Shown here in pieces: positions 40,048 to 47,528 of a stretch of 64,000 nt of DNA. A model generated the notes under the pieces. That model was not told the origin of the DNA. It searched no databases and worked only from the letters and a program-made list of their open reading frames with translations. The DNA lies in IMG/VR virus record IMGVR_UViG_3300029286_000012, one strand, 5' to 3'. Position 1 is the first letter of the stretch, and every line of letters begins with the position of its first letter. The position numbers and the translations under genes are program-made. The DNA comes from a virus.

Positions 40048-41390
40048 TGCGAGCGAATGAGTTTTTAAACGAACTATTCCAGCAAGGTAAAAAGAACTGG
40101 GAATGGAAATTTCGCGGCGGTGAAGAAGCTAGAGCAAACTTTACAGTAGGCGATAGAACTTATCATTGGCAAGCGTTTTCCCGCAATGCCAATCCTAAGA
40201 AATGGGAAGTTCAGTTTATGATGGGTAGAAAAGATACTGATCCACAGGAAATGGATATTTGGGGCACAACAGGTACAGGTAATTCAGCCGAAGTATTGTC
40301 TACCGCGGTTGATATTACCCGCGAGTTCTTACAAAAATATGGTCTTGATAAAGTAGAAGAAATAACATTCAATGCCAAAGAAGATAGTCGCATTGGATTA
40401 TATGCTAAGATGATTAAGCGTTTATTACCTGATTGGGACTTATATAGCAAAAAAGATCCACACGATGGAATGATTTTTACACTAACTGACCGTAGAGCAT
40501 ACGACAAGCCTGAAAATAAACTTAGTGAAAATGAACAACTGAATGAACGTGCAACTAGTGTAGTATTTCATTACACTAGTACCGGTGCCGCATTAAAGAT
40601 TCTACAATCAGGCAACTTTGAACTTGCAAGTGTAACAGGTAATCCAAGCGAAGAAGATTATGCACCAAAAGGTTATCCATACTTTTTAAGTTTAACACGC
40701 ACACCAACCGGTGACTATCATAGATATGTTGGTACTGGTGGTGTAATGTTTAAAATGAACGGTGATTGGTTCAACAGTAGATACATTGTTAAGCCAATAG
40801 ACTATTGGAATAGTGCTTGGTTAAAAAGTGATGGCACAAGAACACGTGAATCAGAAGATAGAGTATTCAGCAAAGAGCCAAGTATACCAATGACACCTGT
40901 TACAGAGATACATATCTTACTAAAAGAACAAAATGAATATCGTAGCCCACAAACACGACAGCTAATGATAACAGCTAAAAAAAGAGATATACCAGTATAT
41001 CTTTATACAGATGAAAAAGCTTGGAGATTGTTAGATACACGCAAGAGTGTTCAGCCAAGCCAAGCTAAAGATGTATTGAAGGGTCAACCAACTAGAGGTT
41101 CTACTCGCAAGCCAACAGACTTTGTTAAGCCTTGGATTGAGTTGATTGAAAAAGACAAAGAGGAATACTTAAGCGATAGAGCTAAGAGACAACTAAAGAA
41201 CCTGTTATGGTATCACGATACAACAGGCGATCATAACATAGGTGTTGATTTAAGTAACGCACGTAAGCCAGACGCAGGAGATAGAGCTAGTGCCGTGAAG
41301 TTGATTAAATATATGAACGACAATGGTTTTAAGAACACAATAGAGTTGAAAAACTATATATACGATAAATGGAATAAGTTAAAAAAATGA
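40047..41390 (+). CDS. Two-domain putative head cargo protein; C-terminal domain ART-like
   Basis: MRANEFLNE N-terminus; second domain 'FHYTS...SLTR...ESEDR'. Confidence 0.55.
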   Translation: MRANEFLNELFQQGKKNWEWKFRGGEEARANFTVGDRTYHWQAFSRNANPKKWEVQFMMGRKDTDPQEMDIWGTTGTGNSAEVLSTAVDITREFLQKYGLDKVEEITFNAKEDSRIGLYAKMIKRLLPDWDLYSKKDPHDGMIFTLTDRRAYDKPENKLSENEQLNERATSVVFHYTSTGAALKILQSGNFELASVTGNPSEEDYAPKGYPYFLSLTRTPTGDYHRYVGTGGVMFKMNGDWFNSRYIVKPIDYWNSAWLKSDGTRTRESEDRVFSKEPSIPMTPVTEIHILLKEQNEYRSPQTRQLMITAKKRDIPVYLYTDEKAWRLLDTRKSVQPSQAKDVLKGQPTRGSTRKPTDFVKPWIELIEKDKEEYLSDRAKRQLKNLLWYHDTTGDHNIGVDLSNARKPDAGDRASAVKLIKYMNDNGFKNTIELKNYIYDKWNKLKK

Positions 41391-43729
41391 GAGCACTAGA
41401 CTTTATAATATTAGAAACAGAAGTACTTGACGAAGTAGCGATGAATCCTACACGACTAAAGCAAGAAGCTGCCAAGACTGGTGCTCAGGCTGGTATGGAA
41501 TTTGAGATGATTGTTCCAAACGTTAAACAAGAAGAAGGTGACGGGGATCCAGAAGCTGATTATGATAGTGATGAGAGTTCCGGTAGTATCCAAAACATAC
41601 GCAACTTTTTTTATGACCGTAACTACAATGGTCTTAGAGAAGTAGAAAGTTTAGTTGATGAACTAACTCAATCTTATCTCGAATGGGCTGATGAAAGACG
41701 TAGCGAACAATGGGATAGTGAAGGTAAAGATTATCTACGTGAATATATTGAAAGTGAAGGCGAGTTTGATGAAGATGCCGCACTAGATGAGGCTTATGAC
41801 CAGTTAGGCTTAACAGATGAACAAAAAGAAGCGGCAAACAAAGCCGGCGCAAAAACAACTAAACTAAAAGACAAAGAAAATAACGAAGATTGGAAACACT
41901 GGAAAGAAGCTACTGATATGGTAGAAGAAAAGCGTGACCAATTTGTTGAAGAAGAATGGGACAATCAAGAAAGATTGTATGACAATGCACGTGAAAAGTG
42001 GATGGATGAAACTGACTGGCCAGACGAAAGCGATTGGTTAGAAAGTGAAGGTCTTTATACAATGCAAGACGTTGAAAGTAACTATGATATTAGTTGGCCA
42101 CATTGGTATTATCCCGATAACGGTGGTGAGTTAAGCGTTGATGATATTGGTGATGAGTTTAGCAGAATGATTGGTAAGCCAGTCAATACAAGCGAACGTT
42201 ATCACGGTGCTCGCAGAGAAGCAGGTCACTATGTTGTTGAGCCTGATGGTAGCTTAGAGCCTGACGATTCCAGTGATGGTGGATTAGAGTTCGTATCTCC
42301 ACCAATGCCCATAGATGAAATGATAAGTGACTTTAACAAAGTTGTTGCTTGGGCGAAAGATAAAGGTTGCTACACGAATGATAGCACTGGATTACATATT
42401 AATGTAAGTGTACCTGACTTTAGTAGAGAAAAACTTGACTATGTTAAGTTAGCATTATTGTTAGGTGACGAATATATATTGAAAGAGTTTGACCGTGAAG
42501 GTAACACTTTTTGTAAGAGTGCTTTGAAACAAGTTAAAGATAACATTAGACAAAATCCAGATAGTGCTAAAAAGTTGTTAGATGGAATGAAAGAAGGACT
42601 AAGTGATATCGCTAGCAAACTAGTTCATAGTGGTGCAACACACAAATACACAAGTATCAATACCAAAGACGGCTACATTGAGTTTCGTAGTCCCGGTGGT
42701 GATTGGTTAGATGCTGATATCCCTAAGATTGAAAACACGTTGTTACGATTTGTAGTAGCATTAGATGCCGCAGTTGATCCACAGAAATATAGAAAAGAAT
42801 ATCTAACAAAACTTTATAAGTTATTAGCACCAAGTAAAGATAGTACCGACACTATTCAATACTTTGCTAAGTATGCCGCAGGTGAGTTACCTAAGGCTGC
42901 ATTGCGTAGCTTTGTTCAGCAAGCACAACTAGAACGCAAGTTGAAGAAAGATACTACCGGCGGCAAAAAATATTGGTGGAGTGTTCGTAGTCCTGGTGGT
43001 ACTGCTAGTATAGAAGTTGTTGCCTTATCTAAAGAAGAAGCAAGAGAAAAAGCCATTGGTGGTTATCCAAATTGGGCTGACTATCGAAGTTCATTGGTTG
43101 CCAAGCCATTGCGTCCGTATGAAAGGGACGACAGTAGTGAACCAAAGTATGAAATATTCAATTTGGATACTAACCGAAAGGTAGAAGATGCTGAAGGCAT
43201 TACCAATGATAGAGAAGCATTGATTCGTCTAAATGATTACCTTGAACACGGACCACATAGACTACAACCATTCCAAGCAAGAGATATGTTTGGTATAAGA
43301 CGTGTTGGTGATAGTGAGCCTATATTAGCACAACCTATTCGTGCTACAGGTGGTGAAACACAAGATTACAAACTATACAGAACAGCAGACCAAAGTATAG
43401 TTTATACATTCCAAGCTACATCAGTTGAAGAAGCAAGAGAAAAAGCTCAAGCTTGGTTGTTACAACAAGGTATTGATAGAAGAGGTTATGGTCTATCACG
43501 TATGGATCAACCAGCACCCGCACCAGGTAGCACAACTGATATACAACAACAACGTGCAGCCGGTGGCTTTACTGGTGCTTGGAAAGTGTTAGCTGATGGA
43601 CAAGAAGTACATCGCTTTAGTGGAGTAGGTAACGTTCAACGTGATGCTAATCGTGTAGCTATTCAATGGCTAAGAGACAATGGGTACGATCAAGGTACAG
43701 ACATTGAAGTATTACCTATAATGAGCTAA
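41387..43729 (+). CDS. Putative amidoligase (Amidoligase_2, COOH-NH2 ligase) with acidic insert and C-terminal repeats
   Basis: 'GMEFE', 'EPDGSL', 'LEFVSPP', 'NDSTGLHINVS', 'KYTSIN', 'IEFRSPG'. Confidence 0.8.
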   Translation: MRALDFIILETEVLDEVAMNPTRLKQEAAKTGAQAGMEFEMIVPNVKQEEGDGDPEADYDSDESSGSIQNIRNFFYDRNYNGLREVESLVDELTQSYLEWADERRSEQWDSEGKDYLREYIESEGEFDEDAALDEAYDQLGLTDEQKEAANKAGAKTTKLKDKENNEDWKHWKEATDMVEEKRDQFVEEEWDNQERLYDNAREKWMDETDWPDESDWLESEGLYTMQDVESNYDISWPHWYYPDNGGELSVDDIGDEFSRMIGKPVNTSERYHGARREAGHYVVEPDGSLEPDDSSDGGLEFVSPPMPIDEMISDFNKVVAWAKDKGCYTNDSTGLHINVSVPDFSREKLDYVKLALLLGDEYILKEFDREGNTFCKSALKQVKDNIRQNPDSAKKLLDGMKEGLSDIASKLVHSGATHKYTSINTKDGYIEFRSPGGDWLDADIPKIENTLLRFVVALDAAVDPQKYRKEYLTKLYKLLAPSKDSTDTIQYFAKYAAGELPKAALRSFVQQAQLERKLKKDTTGGKKYWWSVRSPGGTASIEVVALSKEEAREKAIGGYPNWADYRSSLVAKPLRPYERDDSSEPKYEIFNLDTNRKVEDAEGITNDREALIRLNDYLEHGPHRLQPFQARDMFGIRRVGDSEPILAQPIRATGGETQDYKLYRTADQSIVYTFQATSVEEAREKAQAWLLQQGIDRRGYGLSRMDQPAPAPGSTTDIQQQRAAGGFTGAWKVLADGQEVHRFSGVGNVQRDANRVAIQWLRDNGYDQGTDIEVLPIMS

Positions 43730-43730
43730 T

Positions 43731-44276
43731 ATGAGAGCAACAGAGTTTATTAATAAGGAAATACCTTTTGCAGACGGGTATTTAGTTGTGAGCAAACACT
43801 TTATTAATGATAGAAGTGATGGTTCTGAACGTAACATTCCCATAGAAAAAGTCCTTCGAGTATTACATAAGTTAGAAACTAGACGTGGACATGAACTAAT
43901 GAAAATGCCATATATTACTTTTGTAGTTAAAACTACTGATTTAGGAGTAGCTATAGCCAAGCAAAAAGATAATTATGGTGAAAATGCATATGTTGTATTA
44001 ACCGCACATCCTACATTGCAAGTATCCTCAGATGAGGATGTATTTTATTTAGAAGAACAAGAAAATCCTAAAGTAGATTTAACACCCAACTATCCTAACT
44101 ATCAAGTGTTAGTAGGTGAGTTCTTGGGTGTAAAGAAGAACAGATATATCTTTCAAATAGTTGCCGCAGAACTAAAGCCTGGCCAAGGTGCTACTGAGAA
44201 AATAGTTAAATCAATAACAAACAAGACACCGTTTGGTATTGATATTGAAAGAGTAAAGAATCGTAAGGTAATATGA
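43731..44276 (+). CDS. Putative head cargo protein with possible BECR/RelE-like domain
   Basis: MRATEFINKE N-terminus; 'SKHF..DR....ERNI' pattern. Confidence 0.45.
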   Translation: MRATEFINKEIPFADGYLVVSKHFINDRSDGSERNIPIEKVLRVLHKLETRRGHELMKMPYITFVVKTTDLGVAIAKQKDNYGENAYVVLTAHPTLQVSSDEDVFYLEEQENPKVDLTPNYPNYQVLVGEFLGVKKNRYIFQIVAAELKPGQGATEKIVKSITNKTPFGIDIERVKNRKVI

Positions 44277-44719
44277 TAAAAATGAAAAAAATAATAATAT
44301 TAGTAATTCTAACATTAACTAGTGTTGCATTTGCACAAAAGCAAAAGCCAATGAACATCTATGATTTTCCTATCACTAGGATTATTGATGGGGATACTGT
44401 TGCATTTCAAGCAACATTCTTACCTCCACCTTTAAAACAAGAACTAAGTATTCGTGTATTTGGTGTTGATACACCTGAAAAAGGTCATAGAGCAATGTGC
44501 CCAAGCGAAGACCAACGTGGTCAAGCCGCTACTGCATTTACAAAGAATGCTATCAGTAAAGCACAAAAACGTCAAGTAGCTATCGCTGATTGGGATAAAT
44601 ACGGTGGTCGTGTATTAGGTGATATATTACTTGATGGACAAAGTTTAAGAATGATGCTAATACAAAACGGATTTGCAAGAGAATACTACGGAGAAGCCAA
44701 ACAAAGTTGGTGTAATTAA
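44273..44719 (+). CDS. SNase/thermonuclease with signal peptide
   Basis: 'RIIDGDT', 'IRVFGVDTPE', 'DKYGGRVLG', 'NGFAREY'; hydrophobic N-terminus ending AFA. Confidence 0.88.
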   Translation: MIKMKKIIILVILTLTSVAFAQKQKPMNIYDFPITRIIDGDTVAFQATFLPPPLKQELSIRVFGVDTPEKGHRAMCPSEDQRGQAATAFTKNAISKAQKRQVAIADWDKYGGRVLGDILLDGQSLRMMLIQNGFAREYYGEAKQSWCN

Positions 44720-44770
44720 ACTACTTTTAGAGATTTTTGATAAATACATGTATAATAAAGGAACTTTTAT

Positions 44771-45046
44771 ATGACAAAAACATTTACTACTCCAATTCCA
44801 GATGATGCAGGAAGAATGCACACATTTGTATACGAAGTTGATAAATTTTTACCACTAAACGATTGGTTATCAGCTACCAAAACTAAAGAAGAATATGATT
44901 ATTGGCTTGCTAATGACAGTGTTGGTAACCACACTGATATTGGTTCTGATTATTATGCAGAATGGTTAGTATCTCAAAAATTAATACATACGATTAAACG
45001 TACCGATGGTACTGAAATTGTTAACGACTATCACGAATATCTATAA
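44771..45046 (+). CDS. Hypothetical protein
   Basis: Has its own GATAAATA promoter and SD. Confidence 0.55.
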   Translation: MTKTFTTPIPDDAGRMHTFVYEVDKFLPLNDWLSATKTKEEYDYWLANDSVGNHTDIGSDYYAEWLVSQKLIHTIKRTDGTEIVNDYHEYL

Positions 45047-45054
45047 TATATTAA

Positions 45055-45627
45055 ATGCGGTTTAGTCAGATTGTATTAGAGTCGCCTGCCAATGAGCTAG
45101 CAAAGAAACTTCCTAGCTTAGAAAAGCACGACTATAATACAATCGACAGGCTAATGAGAAGAATCGCTAGTAAACATAAAATTACTGGTAAAGCATTACA
45201 TGATTTATTTGTCAAAAAATATCATCGTAACCCTGACAGTTGGATTAAAAATAAACTAGATGAGGCTGGTGAAAATGAACTACAACGAGAAGTTGATATG
45301 TTTGTTCAGTGGGCCTCCAAAATATTACATTTAAAATCTACTCCATCTATTGAATTAAGTATGGATACCGAAGAGGCTCAAACTAATCATCATACCGGTG
45401 GTCATCAAATGGGTACTGATAATATTTGGGTCTATGCTAAAAATCGTAACCTTGTAGATATACTACGTACAGTATTCCATGAATTAGTACATGTCCGTCA
45501 AGGTGAACTAAATATGATTGAACCCGGGGATAGTTATCCCGGTAGCCCAATTGAAGCAATGGCAGATATGCTTGCAGGAAAATATATCAAAATTTATGGA
45601 GAAAAAAATAACCATATCTTTCAATAA
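45055..45627 (+). CDS. Zincin-like metallopeptidase domain protein
   Basis: MRFSQIVLE N-terminus; 'DILRTVFHELVH..Q' HExxH and a downstream 'E..AD'. Confidence 0.7.
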   Translation: MRFSQIVLESPANELAKKLPSLEKHDYNTIDRLMRRIASKHKITGKALHDLFVKKYHRNPDSWIKNKLDEAGENELQREVDMFVQWASKILHLKSTPSIELSMDTEEAQTNHHTGGHQMGTDNIWVYAKNRNLVDILRTVFHELVHVRQGELNMIEPGDSYPGSPIEAMADMLAGKYIKIYGEKNNHIFQ

Positions 45628-46591
45628 AAATGTTAATATATAAATTTAATAATGACCAAACAAATGTTTATATAAAAATAAAATTATTGAATAATTCATT
45701 CGTATCTAATTGGAAAGATTATGTTACACGTACTTCAAAACGTCTCCCACATTTAGATTGGTCTTTTCATCCACATCATGTAACACAACAGCTTGTTACT
45801 AATGTAAATTATAGATTTTTTATATTTAATATCCTTAAATCATTTATATTATTAGGTAAACACTATCAAATTGATTATAGTGCAGAAATAATAGAACTTA
45901 AATCTTTATTAATTGATTATAGTAATCTTACTCAACATCATTTAAACAAGTGGCATAGACACTTTACATCACTGGCAAAATTATTAAATCCCTTTGTATC
46001 CTCTACTACATTTACCGACACACCAATAGATAAAATACATCATGCAATACATGAATTAAACAATAATTCACATCTACTAGAAACATTAACATATCCAAAA
46101 TTATCTAGGATAAACAAACTAGTTCCTAACCAAATGTATTATGGGTTACATGCCGCATCTACTAGTCATTTAGAAGATAACGAGGCAATATGGGGAACAG
46201 AGACAGTAGAATATATAACTGAAGAATTTGATTTTAGCGTACAATCATATAATCATAATGTTTGGATAACTGATGATATTTTGGGTAAGGATCATTTTAA
46301 ATGTTGGTTTGAAGAAGATGACCCTAGTAATGATGATATTGGCGGTAACAATTTAATGACTCCCAATATTACATTTGACCCTAATAAAATATTTACAAAA
46401 ACAATAGAAGATCCTGAATTTCAACAATTTGTAATCAATTCAAATAAAAAACTCAATCGATATCCAATAGGTGACATAGAAAATATTGATGAAATAGATT
46501 GGAATAATATAACCAATCTTAAATTAAAAAGTATAGAGTTAGATGGTTCTATATTATGGAAATATGAATGACCGTCATATCTTTCAATAAA
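45613..46591 (+). repeat. 16-bp direct repeat CATATCTTTCAATAAA at 45613-45628 and 46576-46591
   Basis: Read directly from the sequence. Confidence 0.85.
45630..46571 (+). CDS. AT-rich hypothetical protein flanked by a direct repeat (moron-like)
   Basis: Visibly more AT-rich than its neighbours; CATATCTTTCAATAAA on both sides. Confidence 0.6.
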   Translation: MLIYKFNNDQTNVYIKIKLLNNSFVSNWKDYVTRTSKRLPHLDWSFHPHHVTQQLVTNVNYRFFIFNILKSFILLGKHYQIDYSAEIIELKSLLIDYSNLTQHHLNKWHRHFTSLAKLLNPFVSSTTFTDTPIDKIHHAIHELNNNSHLLETLTYPKLSRINKLVPNQMYYGLHAASTSHLEDNEAIWGTETVEYITEEFDFSVQSYNHNVWITDDILGKDHFKCWFEEDDPSNDDIGGNNLMTPNITFDPNKIFTKTIEDPEFQQFVINSNKKLNRYPIGDIENIDEIDWNNITNLKLKSIELDGSILWKYE

Positions 46592-46610
46592 GATTAATCT
46601 ATGCTATAAT
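46582..46610 (+). promoter_or_regulatory. sigma70-type promoter for tilS
   Basis: TTTCAA-N17-TATAAT (TGCTATAAT); ATG 6 nt downstream. Confidence 0.65.
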
Positions 46611-46616
46611 GCATAG

Positions 46617-47213
46617 ATGATTAAGCTAACAGTTCCCTTACCCAAAAGTATTACAATCGCATGTAGCGGTGGTGTAGATAGTATGGCAGTAGTTGACTTT
46701 CTAAGTCGCAAGCACGAAGTAACGATTGCCCATTTTAATCACAGAACACAAAACGGTGAAAAAGCCAGTGAGTTTGTTTCTAGGTATTGCGGTGATAACA
46801 ATATTCCTATGTTGTACGGATCACCTCGTAGTCAAAAAGGTAGCAAAGAATCACAGGAAGAATACTGGCGTAGAGAACGCTATGAATTTTTAAGTGAGCT
46901 TGGTCCAGTCATTACTTGTCATCATTTGGATGATTGTGTTGAAACATATATTTGGTCAGCATTACACGGCACACCCAAAGTCATTCCATTAACACGCAAC
47001 AATGTAATCAGACCATTTTTAACTACACGCAAACAAGAGTTTATCTATTGGTGCGAAAGCCATAATGTGCCTTGGATTGAAGATGAATCAAACAAAAATT
47101 CACGCTATACCCGTAATTACATTCGCAATGAATTGATGCCACACGCATTACGAGTCAACCCAGGCTTACATACTTTGGTCAAAAAGATTGTCGAAGGTAA
47201 GCAAAATACTTGA
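46617..47213 (+). CDS. tilS: tRNA(Ile)-lysidine synthetase, catalytic domain only
   Basis: PP-loop SGGVDS, 'HFNH', 'R.ERY', 'HHLDD..ET', 'IRPFL', 'EDESN...YTRNYIR'. Confidence 0.85.
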   Translation: MIKLTVPLPKSITIACSGGVDSMAVVDFLSRKHEVTIAHFNHRTQNGEKASEFVSRYCGDNNIPMLYGSPRSQKGSKESQEEYWRRERYEFLSELGPVITCHHLDDCVETYIWSALHGTPKVIPLTRNNVIRPFLTTRKQEFIYWCESHNVPWIEDESNKNSRYTRNYIRNELMPHALRVNPGLHTLVKKIVEGKQNT

Positions 47214-47238
47214 CTTCTCTACGCAAGCCAAGTATACT
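47210..47238 (+). promoter_or_regulatory. sigma70-type promoter for the polB operon
   Basis: TTGACT-N17-TATACT. Confidence 0.75.
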
Positions 47239-47261
47239 AACTAATTATTTAAGGAGAACCT

Positions 47262-47528
47262 ATGTCAGATTATAACAGAACCTTTAACGGTGAAGCAAAG
47301 ATTAAGCTAACTCAACTAGTCAATGAGGGTATGACTGTACTACACGAAATTGACACATTGAATGGTGGACTAAACGACACTATTAAAGCAGTTGCAGAAG
47401 AACTTGAAATCAAGGCTTCTACATTGAAGAAAGCAATTAAGATTGCTCACAAGGCAAGTCTCGGTCAGACTAACAAAGACCACGATGAACTCAACACTAT
47501 CTTGGAAACTGTGGGCAAAACACTTTGA
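47262..47528 (+). CDS. Small helical putative DNA-binding protein (T4 DsbA/GapR-like)
   Basis: Size, helical pattern and position before the DNA polymerase; sigma70 promoter and SD upstream. Confidence 0.45.
   Translation: MSDYNRTFNGEAKIKLTQLVNEGMTVLHEIDTLNGGLNDTIKAVAEELEIKASTLKKAIKIAHKASLGQTNKDHDELNTILETVGKTL

Noticed and set aside
46617-47213. PP-loop protein as the missing QueC
   Set aside because: It has TilS-specific motifs (HHLDD..ET, RP.L, D.SN...RN.IR) and lacks the QueC C-terminal Cys zinc site.
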